This document shows, one piece after another, positions 48,242 through 60,600 of a stretch of DNA of 64,000 nt. This DNA comes from Adineta vaga (Eukaryota; Animalia; Rotifera), in the NCBI GenBank assembly GCA_021613535.1, contig CP075494.1, forward strand, positions 15,934,001 through 15,998,000. Direction: 5' to 3'. Positions within the stretch are counted from its first letter, which is position 1. The number at the start of each line of letters is the position of its first letter. The notes below the pieces were generated by a model. The model saw only the letters and a program-made list of their open reading frames with translations, ran no database searches and was not told the DNA's origin. Made by a program: the position numbers and the translations under genes.

Positions 48242-49714
48242 ATTTGGATCGATTATTCCCATATCGATAAATTTGTTCCTTTTGTCCAATTGTTAATCTA
48301 ATGTTCGAAAAAAAGAAGAAAATTAAAAAAAATGGTATATGTAATACGAATTAATATCTATATTAGGAGAGACCAAGCCTGTTGTACTGCTCAATAATCA
48401 CCATAAATGTTCCAACACGTTTATAGAAATTTTAGAGCAAAGACGAAGGTGAAATCAACTTTTATCAAATAATTGACAATCCAAACGCAACAAATGAAAT
48501 AGAAAAAGACAAAAATATTTACAAGGCTAATTTGGCAACACGTATTATCATCAAACCATTTCAATCGCTGTCTGTTTCTCTAGAAAAAGAAAACAAATTC
48601 TTCATCACGAATTTAATATAAAAAGCGTTTTACCTTTCGTTTTGTTTCTTTCCCTATATTCTTCCATTGATTTTGGTGTGAACCAAGCTTTCTAAAAGGA
48701 AACATTCAATATATATTGCCAATTCAATAGCAAAGAAAAACATACCTTGAACTCACACCTATTTCGAACATATTTCATACCACACACTAGCAAGAACACA
48801 TAAACCCTCCAGATGTTAAAACACTTGCCACTAACATAAAAATACTCCATATCCACTCCATAACCAGATTACCCCTTTCTTCTTTTGAAGCTGCATATAA
48901 CGCTTTTCGCGTACTACTGCCGATCAACGACACGCTCATATCTGTTATCGCCTCAAAATTTTGCAAACGATTTGAATGTTAATGGCTAAAAAAGACAATT
49001 AACTTTAATAATCGACACAGTCATAGATCACTTACTTTTCCAAAATCACCAATAATAAAATAAAGGAACACAATAACAAAAACAATTTCAATATGTTGAA
49101 AAAAATATCGACGAAATATAATAAGTGACTACATAATCTGATAACAGGCACATAAATACGACACCCTCCAATCATACCTAATTAACACTTTGTAATAAAA
49201 TAATATCCGTATCCGTTATATAAATTCAAAAGATTCATCCGCTCATTGATCATATAACACAACATTTCTACATCCGAATAAAAAAAATGTAACTTCCCAA
49301 CTCAATTACAACGTTCAAAAAAAACGAAACTGTCCACTCAACAAGCATAAACTACTTAACAGAAACAATATCATCAAAAATAATCAACAATCCTTTGCTC
49401 AGGACACGGATGTATTACTTTTCCATCACATAAGACTTCAACGATAATTTCTCTCTTCATAATCAATTTCGGTGAAATTAGAGCATGTGGATTAAGTGAA
49501 AAATGCATGGCAGAATGGAGGAGAAGTAAGGCATCAGTGAAAAGTATTTGTTTTGTTATGTCGAAAAGAGTTAGGTCTGAGAATTAGAAATGACTTGTGC
49601 GAATGACATGGAATGATTTTATTTCGCTGTGTGACATATTCCATCAGCGGAGCTTTGTGTGGAAAGCGTTTCCATTCTACATCGGTAGTGCGTCACTAGA
49701 AAATGGTGTTACTA

Positions 49715-49906
49715 CACTGTAAAAAAAAGGAGTTTAATCGAACCTGTATCCAGGGGAAGATCCTTTGAGGTTTAGTATCGATTTTCCAAACTAAAAAAAG
49801 ATTGGTGAACATTCAACTGAACGTTATTTGATTCAGTAAATCGCTAAGAAACCTCAAAGGATCTTCCCCTGGATACAGGTTCGGTAAAACTCCCTTTTTT
49901 AGAGTG
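49715..49906. mobile_element. MITE with long TIRs, CACT(G/C)TAAAA ends and TA flanks (EnSpm/CMC-like)
   Basis: cactgtaaaaaaaaggagttt..gaacctgtatccaggggaagatcctttgaggttt is mirrored by aaacctcaaaggatcttcccctggatacaggttc..aaactccctttttagagtg; TA on both sides. Confidence 0.9.
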
Positions 49907-50514
49907 TAGGGAGACCATCGTCCAATTCCTGGCCTTCATCATGGTGTTTGATGATTTTGAATTTTCTGAGAGTTCAATTTTTGACCGACAGTGTTTCAGT
50001 TTCCGTGGTTCTAGCGTTTCGTAATGCTAGCTTCACACTGATGAAAGAGTATATGTTAGCTTGAAATCAAACCATTCTAACAAAAACTAACCGTTCTATG
50101 GACACACAAGAAAATATAATAATATCTACATCATTGGACAGTCAACAACGTTTTTGCACAAATTTGTATATATTCTGTTTTGTAATCAAAGTCAGAAAAT
50201 CGTCTTAACAATGTGTAATGAATATTCTTCAAGTAAAAAACAGAGTAGATTACGAATCTTTATTTTCGCCATCATTGATGCTTTCTTTACGCATATTCAT
50301 ACTATAGAAATCAAACTCTTTTCACAGCAAATTGATGTCATTGAGTTTTGTTGGAAATAGAAACAATGTTCATGTCTAGTAGCTTCGAGAACATATAAGG
50401 ACAATTACAATTACTAATCTAATTAAAAAACCTGTTTAATATTGAAATCAGAAAAATAATCTTTGTTAATAAAAAGCGAAAATACAGAACAAATAGAAGT
50501 TCAAGACAAAAATG

Positions 50515-51283
50515 TTATTCATTTCCAACAAGATCCAACTCTATATGCCAATTTTGAGTTTCATATTTCACACTGTTTATTTTGATCTTAGATCCTAGCG
50601 CTAAGATGCCTTCTTTTTCGTCGGGATATTGACTCCATCGCTCAATTTGGGCAATATTCAACCGATTACCTTTAGACACTGTCAATATCATCAGCGTATT
50701 TCCATTGAATGCTCGAGAACGATCCGTTGAAAACGAAGTAAAAGAAGTGGTATAGTAGCATTCACCAACACTTCCTTTGTAATAGTTTAATTCGATTTTA
50801 CTCAGATGAACTCCTCGATAATAAGTGGAAACTAGGTTTCGTTGATATAATCCACGAATCAATGAGCGAAGGCGATTGATATATAGCCAATCGATTTCAT
50901 GATCAAGGAGTAGGCTAATATTCGTGTCTTTATACCCGCTGCCAGTGTACTGTTGCAAAACTTCGATCATTGAACTTGTTAACTTGTCTTCTTCGACATA
51001 TATTGGATAGACCTGTTCAAATTTTTTTTTATAGATGTTAGTCTTCTGCAGTTTGAGATGGCACATATTGTCTTCAGATGTGTACTGAAAAAGAACTGAA
51101 CCGGAAATGCAAGCTTTTGGAAACGCTTTTGGCAGTTGAACGGCTCCCTAAAAATATATTGAGAATATTTAACGCTCTTTATTAACATATTCAACAGAAT
51201 CAGTCTTCAACGATTTACAGTTAAAACTATTATTATTTTTACTTAAATTGTCTTACCGTAGATTTTGGTAACTCTCTTTCCAT
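50515..51283 (-). CDS. Stand-alone mono-ADP-ribosyltransferase (R-S-E class); exons 51283-51257 and 51147-50515
   Basis: MERELPKST|gtaag..ttttag|GAVQLPKAF joins in frame to the ORF; QQYTG..YKDTN, YYRG, FTSFS, DEKEGIL. Confidence 0.8.
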
Positions 51284-52264
51284 AACTATTTCGTTTCAAA
51301 AAGATAAATAATGTCTATTTTAAGCCAAACACTCGTGTAACAGAGAAAAAGTCGTTTACTATTTTAAAAAAATTCCCAGTTAGATGCCTTAAGTATCACA
51401 TAATCTAAACTTTACACTTCTTTTTATACGATGTTAAGCGAATGACAGTAACATAAAGAATAAAACAACATACATTTATTACCTTTTTTATCTTTATTAC
51501 CCATTAATTCCTACTTGATTCTTTCGAAATTATTCCGAGAAAACGGATGTCGTGTGTCACAGTACAGAAGAATTTTCGTATACACCATGAATGATGATCA
51601 GTCGAATATGCACGGCTAACATCTTTCTATCTCGAGAGTGCGGATGAGGATCTCAATCTCAAGATATACCCTCACCTCCACCCAGTTGATCATATAAAAC
51701 GGTAACCTTCTCAGACTACTTATTGTTTCATTTTCGAATTGAATTAAATCACGAATCTAAACGATCTATTTTCATAGAATAAGATCTAGTCTGATCGATT
51801 GATTTGAAACTGTCAGGGATCAATATATCACAAAGTGTATAACAAAAGCTATACATTGTTGTATGAAAGTACACATGAATGTATTGATACTCATCCTTAC
51901 AATTTCAGTCGCAATCAAATTCGAATACATTGAATTATGATACATCTATCGATGCATCGACTATTGTTACTCATAAAATTTCTGGAAGAATATTTTAGTG
52001 AAAATATGATTTCAATTACAATATTGAACATATTCCGGTGGGAACAATAAGATATGTCAAATAATTATCAGAATTACATTCATCGATATATTTTATTAAT
52101 TATTGATGATTTATTTGTTGGAACAAATAGGAGAAACAGATTCTACACAAATGCATGATCATCATCATTTTTGATATTATGACAAGACTACCGAATAATA
52201 AACATTGTTTGATACATAGATATATAATCTGCAAAAGGTCATTTGAATATCATTGACAAAAGAA

Positions 52265-53800
52265 ATGAATTTTGAATTATTACTAAATAAAATTTTCCTT
52301 TAACTATTCGAATATCTTTATAGTACTGATTTAATTCGTGCATTTTATGGACTCAATACTCAATTAGATTCTCTTATTTCTAAACAACATTCATTTCATA
52401 AGTTTGAATTTTCTAATATAAAAAGAACGAATTCGATCTAATATTCCACATATTACTAATCAAATGTATGGTCGTAATATTAATGAATATGATCTACCTG
52501 AAAAAATGAATTTATTTTTTACTTATATTTCATCACTCAATCAATTTATTACTGGATTACGATATTTATTAAATCTTACTCATTTAACAATTTCTTGTAT
52601 TATCAAACGAAGATTATTAGTTGATTTTCAATTAATTATTGATACTATTTGGAATTTATCAAAACTTAGTCATTGTTCTTTAAATCTTTATAGTCAATTA
52701 GATCAACTCATGAAATCCACTCCAAATTTAAAATATCTTATAGGCGTTGTTGATACTATTGATACTAATATTAATCGTAATTATATTTTACCTTCTCCTT
52801 CAATATTAATCAGTTTAAAGGTATGGATATCTTCCGCGTGTAAATTATTGATGTTGGATTTACTCTTGAAAAACTTAATAAATCTACGTCATTTAAATAT
52901 TAGCTTATATAATCACCGAAGGATTAATGTTTATCAATGGGAAAAATTCTTCGGAATAATCTTGCTAAATTAAAGACTTTTAAACTTAATATGATGTATG
53001 AAATTCGTTCAAATGAAGATATTGAAGAACATATGAATGAACTATTCAACTCATTTCAAACTTCATTTTGGATCAACGAACAGCAATGGTTTATTCATTG
53101 TTTTATAATTAATAGAACTATTCATTTGCATATAACAACATATTATCATCATTATTATTATTATTATTATGACGAAAAACTCACTCTCGTATTAAAATCA
53201 ACAAATCCAAATGATAATCAACAGACATTTTATCATAGTATCAACAGAATTGATAAAACATTTCTTGACCAATCGCTTCCATTTGATATTTGTTTATGGA
53301 GTCTTCACTCTATAACAATAAAATTTCCATTTCTTCATCAATTTTGGTCTATTATTCTAAATTTCGATCATTTGAAAACATTAAATGATTGGATGATATT
53401 TATCAATCAGAATTACAAAATTCATTAAATCGAGCATCGAATCTTCATAGTTTACATATTGGCCAGGATCCATCGTTGCAAAAATCTTAATTTCGTTCTC
53501 TCGATTTGGCTGAGTTGAATTATTCTTTGGATAAATCAAAATGTTTGTTATTTTGTCGTTCATCATTAACTATAATCAATGCAAAGAGTACCGCATTAAT
53601 GTTCAAAATCATGAATGTATTCTTATTCTTATAAAAAATCTGACTAATCTCCGAGCATCACATATTCTTTGTAGAGAAGAAACTTCGACCGATAAAAACT
53701 TTCAGCTTATACAATGGTTAAAAGAGAATTTACCATCAAAATATTCAATTAAGGAAGATGTCGATCCTTTCGTATTATTCAAATATCGATTCAATAGAAT
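52265..53800 (+). pseudogene. Degenerate F-box/LRR-type gene
   Basis: MNFELLLNKIFL*LFEYL..DLIRAFYGLN F-box-like start with a stop; frameshifted pieces LTHLTI, LRHLNI, YQWE/KILRNNLAKLKTFKL, FQTSFWINEQQWFI, IQWLKENLPS. Confidence 0.75.
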
Positions 53801-55018
53801 TTGTTATGAAAGAAAAACTTTATTGATCAGTTTTATACAGACATATAATCAGATTAAAATTAATATTGTGTAGTTTTCATATACATGAATTGAAGGATTA
53901 CAAATGAAATTCAATTTTTTCGTCACATTTTTTTGCATATCAACTTCCTTTTGTAGTCAAAGGAATATTTTTGTTTTTTGATGTTAGTGAGAGTACTCAA
54001 TCAGATCCATATTGAATTACAGTTACTGTTGTTTCTAATGAAACTGCTCTTCTGTATGAAAATGCAACCCAGTGTTTCTACTTCTTACACGAATAATTTG
54101 TAAATGTTTAGAACCTAGTGAAACAATCATATCGACATCATTAACAAGGTGCGAAATAACTGTTTTATCTTTCCTGTATGAGATTTGATTGAATAGTAAG
54201 CAAAGTTTGTCTTCTTTTTCATTCTTTATTAAATCTAATCATTATCATAAATACGTTATTCATTGAATAGGATATTGACATCGATGTCACTATTGTCAGA
54301 ATACAGTAAACGAAACACTTGTTTAGCATTCGATTTTTCGTGAAAAAAACTATGATTAAGTTTTCAATTCAATGACATCATCATTTACATAAAAGAAAGA
54401 TTGAAAATACAAAATATTTGATTCATTAAGAAATATTTTAGATCATGAAGAATTAATTAATCATAGTATTGATTTCAATGTAGTTCATGCTACTCAATTG
54501 ATTCAATCATTATTGATTAATAATAATAAAATCATACCATTTTATATCGATTTACTGAGAGATTCAGTAAAAAAACTCACATCAAAACTCTACATGGAAC
54601 AGAATAAGAATAAATGAGAATTAACATCAAAACGAAGCAATTCAGTTAATGTTAGTAGAATAAATTGATCAATTAAATATCATACATCATTTAACATCTA
54701 CTATACTCAAGAAAGCAAAACACACAAGTTTGTGTTTTTCGAATAAAACATTTCAATTTATCATTACCATTATCACAGAACTTTAATATAACAACGATTA
54801 ATTCAACATCTGTAGTTTAAAACTATACCTGAAAACCCTTTTTCTAATTTTTCGTTCAAAAGAATATCTAAACTAAGAATGATGAAAGGCTTTTATCATC
54901 TAGACAGTAACAAATATCGTGCGTGTTTCTAATCATATCTCAATTAAATAATTGTCTTTTCATAGATACGGTCAATTCAAACGATTTGATTCTTAGTGAT
55001 ATTTTTTACAATATGAAA

Positions 55019-55774
55019 TTATAGAATAGTACAACAACAACCAGTATCTACTGCCACTGTTGGTTTTCTTTCTTGTGATTTTGTCAATTTTGGTCGTTGT
55101 GGTGATGGACTTACATGCCGTTGAGGTGGGTTTACACGTTGAGGTGGGTTTACACGTTGAGGTGGATTTACACGTCGTTGCGGTGGATTTACACGTTGAG
55201 GTGGGTTTACACGTTGAGGTGGATTTACACGTTGAGGTGGATTTACACGTCGTTGCGGTGGATTTACACGTTGAGGTGGGTTTACACGTTGAGGTGGGTT
55301 TGTACGTCGTTGCGGTGGATTTTCAAGTTGTCTTGTTAAATTTTTCATAGGTCGAATATAATAGGTTTGCAACCAGGACATTTTATATGTCATGATTTTT
55401 GTCACTTGACGTGCTTGACCAGCTATAATGATCGACTCAACAGCGACAAGCTGTTGACGTACTTGATCGATTTCATAAAATTCATTCAAGAATTGAATAC
55501 AAAGTTCTTCACAATGGAAAAACACTTTGCCTTCAAAAACATCTGGACTAAATGTATAACAGATAAGAAGTAATTGTTTTTGATCTTCGATAGATAATCG
55601 TGACCATTTGGAATAATTTGTAAAACGATTAATATCATCGTCATCATCACAATCAATTGCAGTACATACACATGAGAGATAATACATCAATCGAGCGACA
55701 TTATTGTTCGGTACGGATGTAGATTCGGTTATTCTTTTGATATTGACTTCATTTCGACCAAAGACGACTGCCAT
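55019..55774 (-). CDS. Uncharacterised 251-aa protein: globular N-domain, 11 PPQR(R)VN repeats, C-terminal CCCTIL (CaaX)
   Basis: Intact ORF; 18/21-bp tandem repeat at 55118-55321; ends GCCCTIL*. Confidence 0.8.
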   Translation of the reverse strand: MAVVFGRNEVNIKRITESTSVPNNNVARLMYYLSCVCTAIDCDDDDDINRFTNYSKWSRLSIEDQKQLLLICYTFSPDVFEGKVFFHCEELCIQFLNEFYEIDQVRQQLVAVESIIIAGQARQVTKIMTYKMSWLQTYYIRPMKNLTRQLENPPQRRTNPPQRVNPPQRVNPPQRRVNPPQRVNPPQRVNPPQRVNPPQRRVNPPQRVNPPQRVNPPQRHVSPSPQRPKLTKSQERKPTVAVDTGCCCTIL

Positions 55775-56308
55775 GTGAAAAAACTTTTTATATTAATAAC
55801 ACTAGTCGACAAAAAGTGACTCGCTTTATATGAATCTTAGACAGAATGTTTTCTCCAACTTGTTATCGCTTGATTGTCAATGAAAGAAAGTTTTTTTACA
55901 ACTTGGTTTTTTTCTCAAGATAACATTTACTTATGTATGTCAAGTTTTTAACTGGAACAATTAATGAAAGAACATCCTTTATCAAACTGTTTCTGTATAT
56001 GTTTATCTTTGTATGAGAAACGAGTATGATGCAATTGACATATGTAATTGGTCGATAATTTTTCGACAACATTTGCAAATGAAAGATCACCGTCATATAT
56101 TTCGACGAAAAAAGAATTCAAGGATTCATCCTCTAAATTGCAAGTAAAGAGAAGATGATGCCGATATTCTTTTCAGAATAGTTGACATCCTTCTGATTTA
56201 TAAAATATGCTTACTTTTTCTTTCAGTTCTTTTTTCCCTTGACTGTAGCGAAGGTTTTATGAAAAAAATAGTTTGTATGTATGTTTGTTTGTGTCAGGGT
56301 CAAAGATC

Positions 56309-56383
56309 AGGGTGGGTGTGGGTGTGGGTGAGGTTGTGGGTGTTAATTAACAAGAGTCCTACATCCACACCAACCCCTCAAGA
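56309..56383. repeat. Telomere-type-repeat hairpin element
   Basis: agggtgggtgtgggtgtgggtgaggttgtgggtgt ... acatccacaccaacccctcaaga. Confidence 0.75.
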
Positions 56384-56409
56384 CTAAAACTTTAGAAAGC
56401 ACCCATGAT

Positions 56410-56572
56410 TAGAAGGCGGCGCCAAGATTTTTACTTTAAGGGGGCTTAGTCCCTAAAATCCTATATTCTTGCGCGAAAATCGTTAGTTTTCTAGAAAAAT
56501 TTTTCAAAATCTGACGGGACTAAAACGAATTTTGATGGAGCTCAGCCCCCTCGCCCCTTGGCGCCGCCACTA
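56410..56572. mobile_element. hAT-type MITE, older relative of the CAGTGGCG family
   Basis: tagaaggcggcgccaag / cttggcgccgccacta; TSD cccatgat / cctatgat (7 of 8). Confidence 0.8.
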
Positions 56573-57695
56573 CCTATGATACATACAAAGAATATGACGT
56601 TATGAAACAGATGGAAATCATATAATGAACATATAAGATGACGTCATGTATATATGTAGAACAAAAGAAAATATATGTATAGAAAGAAAGAACGAAAGAA
56701 AACGTAGAAGATTATCCATTATTGAATACGTACTCACTGGTGAATACGAAAACCATCGAATTGCAAAAAAATAATCGAAAAAAGGATGACGGTGAGTATG
56801 GGTTTAAGTCAATGTCTCTATCCACCCTCAACCTCAGAGATGGTCGCAAGAAACTTTCCATTATTTCACTTTTTGTTCATGTTTTGTTCTGTTATCGTCG
56901 TATTGCAATACATTACTTGAAATTTTTTTCATGTGGTAAAGTTTCACCATAGTAAATACTGCGTTCTGTTGCTTAGTCAACAGAAAAATGTCCTGCAATG
57001 TTTTTTTTCTTTTCTTTTTTGTTTTTGACTCATATAGATAACAAAAACTCGGAAAAAATAAACGGCATTTTCCAACATTTTTTCATGTGAAACTAAAAAC
57101 TCGATTTTTTTTCATTATGTCATTTTTTTGAAATATATGTATTAAGATAAAGACAAACTTATTCATAAGGTAATCTGTTTAATTTCATTAACTTTGAAAA
57201 ATGTATATGTGTAAAACAGTGTTAGTGATAAGTGAGAACAACTTCAAAACATCATGAGTTTGATCAATATTAGTATACTATCCTGTACAATTATTTTTTG
57301 TGCTACACTCCGACTTTTGCAATTTAATGGTGTACCGATGAGATCGACAATCGGTAGACTATAGCGGTACACTGTTACTGCAAAATTCTTTCTTAAACCA
57401 GGACAAGTTTTAGACATATACATTTTATAATATTTGACTATTCACATTGAATCAAATATAAGTCAATATTTTTTCAACTGTACAAGTTGACTCATTGTAT
57501 ACTTGACCTTTCTACCCTATATTTTTATATTTAATATAAATATTCCTTGTAAAATAAACATTACGATGTATGATTTTCAGGTTTTTATTTCAAAAAACAT
57601 TTGATGAAGATATATTGAAAGAAAGCAATATATTCGATGTTTCACTTCATACGTAAATCATGTGTTTCAAATGATTTCGATCGCCAGTTATTTAA

Positions 57696-60600
57696 ATGAT
57701 TATGACTTCTTTACCATTAATCATTCAACATTCTTCAATGAAAATGTTACTACTGACAATTACGTGTTGTTCTGACGAGAAAAAGCGTCAACATGTTATA
57801 CCTCTAATTCTCAACATATTTACAGAGGAAAAATTACAGGAAATTTTACTATTTAATATTCATTTAGACGAAGTCGTTTTGAATTTTATCCGAAACGCAC
57901 ATACTGCAATGAGAGAACCATCGTCATCAATAAATTGGTCTCAAAGCTATTTCGATAATGTATACAATATGCCAATTATTCCATTAGAACAACTACCTTC
58001 TCACCTAATATCATTAATGAAAACGTCGACCAATCATAGTGAACTTTCAGCGAAAAATGTCCAGGATAAAATTGTAATTCATATTGGCAAAAGCTTAGAG
58101 TATGCATCGAAACTTAATAATTATGCACAGGAACTGTTACAAATAAAAGAAGTATTACTGAAATATGGTTGGTTAAATGAATTCGACGGATTCACTGTTC
58201 CTTTAACAGAAGAAGGATTTCAAGCTTTATTCTCAGCAATGAATGATATATTCCATAAAAAAGCTGAAGGACAATATGAACCGCCTACTGAGATACCAGA
58301 TCTGCTATCAGTCAACATGACAATAACACACAAAACTGATATACCTTGTACATATCAATCGGATATTTCTACTGGCATTTCCAAAAACGATAATCGAATA
58401 CTATACACCTACAATAATTGGCTTGTTGATCGACCACCACCAGCAGCCACCCAATTTGTGCAATGATTAATCGATATTTTACGGCATCGACTCGATATTG
58501 AATCTGTGTTACTACCGAGTTTTTGTGACATAAGCACCTCGAATTCATTATCAACAGCTAAAAAGTGGGCAAATCGACGCAGTAATCTGAATCCAATGTC
58601 ATCGGGACAGGGAGCCTCAACTTCTCCAGATTTAATTCCATCATCATTCAAAAGTGTTTATGATATATTAATTCATTTACTATGTCATTCTGACTTATTA
58701 AGTCAAATAGAATTATTTCGACTTCTTGTTGAGCGTCGGATAGCATTACCGCTTTTAACACCTAATAATTATAAAGTTTGTCTTTACAAATATCATATTA
58801 ATCCATTGACATTTATCAGTACAAAGTTAAGTGGCCAACGAGAGCTCAATTTAAGCGTCGATACTTCTCTTTATCGCATCGCAATTATATCGATGAGATC
58901 AATTAAAGAACAGGAAAGTATCCAATGGATGCAACATGTATTTTCTTGCCCGTCACTATCATCCACTGATGTAGAATGTATCCCTTCTGATCGATGTATT
59001 GCCGAAATCGGTATTGGTTTTGTACCTGATCAAACTACAGAAAGCGAAGTGGGTAGCTACCGTCTAAAACATACGGAAGTGCTAGTACTGAACGTGATAG
59101 GTGATTATTCTTCTATTTGGCCTTATATTTCTGATTTTGCCGATCTATTATTGGTGGAAGAATTACCTTCGAAAAAAGAAAGCTTCTCTCCGCCAAGTCG
59201 TTTACAAGATCGTGTCAATGTAATCACATGGAAAAACGCAAATACTATGTCCGAACCAATTGTCACGAAAAATAATTATTTTCATATATCAGGTAGTATT
59301 CTTCAAGTAGTTAAACACATTCATGAAGCAATAATCTGCAGTTTGAAAAATGACGATTTATCGCAATATCTCACATCTCATTTACCTATAAGCGAAATGT
59401 ATTATCGAGAACTTTATACGAAACGATCGATTAAACCATTAGATATAGAATCTACAGTTAAGGCTCAGAAATTTTCTATACTGCGTTCTGATGAACTTAA
59501 ATTGCAAAAAGAATTTGTTTCAGAAGCAGAATATTTTCGAAAACAAAGAGAAGATAAAAGTTCAATTGCTACACAGGAAACGCTTCAACGTGCAATCAAC
59601 GGTTGTAGACAAACGCGCGAACGACTTGCTCAATCGACTGAGCGTCATCCATTAATTAAATGTTTGATCGGTATTCTATCGCATCCTCAAGCATATCAGC
59701 GCGCCTTAAGCATAGTTGAATTCACACAACAAATCGACGTTCATTCAAGAATGGCTTTACAAGATATTATTGAAAAAAAGAATTGTGCATTTGATAATTA
59801 TAATCCAAATAATCCAAATTCAACAGCTACACAAGCATATTTTCAAGCAAAACGTTTATATGTTGACACTGTCATGGGATTGGAACATTTGTGGCGAGAA
59901 ATTTCTCATATGTATATAGCAAATCCTAAACGTTACAAGGAATATCCGATATTGGCCGCTAAACATTTGATTGATGGTTTTACTTTAGAAATCCTTGACG
60001 GAGATGCAGCAATGCTAAATCAAGCGTGGATCCAAGCCGTATTTCTAGAACTAGAAAATCAACTCAAAGACTCAAATAAAAGAAACAACAATGTTCAAGT
60101 TTTTGTATTAAGTATTTTGGGAGAACAAAGCAGTGGAAAGTCAACACTCTTAAATTGGATGTACGGTATTCGATTACGTGCAAGTGCTGGTATGACTACG
60201 AAAGGTGTTCATATACAATTATTAAAAGCTGAAAATCGTGAAGAATATGATTATATTTTGGTTTTGGACACAGAAGGAATTAATGCTCCAGAATATAAAG
60301 GTTTAACAGATACAACAGCAAGAGACAACCGCCTGGCAACTTTTGCAATTTTGCCAGCCGATGCGACAATAATCTTAATTAACAATGAGGCTGATCAAGT
60401 TGCTCGCGATGTATTATCAATAGTTATGCTGGCTTATCATCAAAGTGAGTTTGCTACTCAAACAACAGGACGACTGAATTCAAAAATATTCTTTGTGCAT
60501 ACGCGTGTTGATGTAAATGATATAGCAAAGCTTAACGACAAGATTGAATTGATGTTTATTGAACTTAAGAACAATGCAGCTAGCATACAATATGGAAATC

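Noticed and set aside
48400-49450. G-poor plus-strand stretch with splice-like sites and hydrophobic minus-strand peptide pieces
   Set aside because: Stops in all frames and no recognisable family; possibly a decayed gene but not supportable
55060-55350. Plus-strand ORFs with LHVEVG / YTLRW repeats
   Set aside because: Antisense and alternative-frame shadows of the PPQRVN coding repeat
58464-58466. TGA as selenocysteine or programmed readthrough
   Set aside because: No redox-motif context, the 3' UTR is outside the window so no SECIS can be assessed, and other stops upstream point to decay
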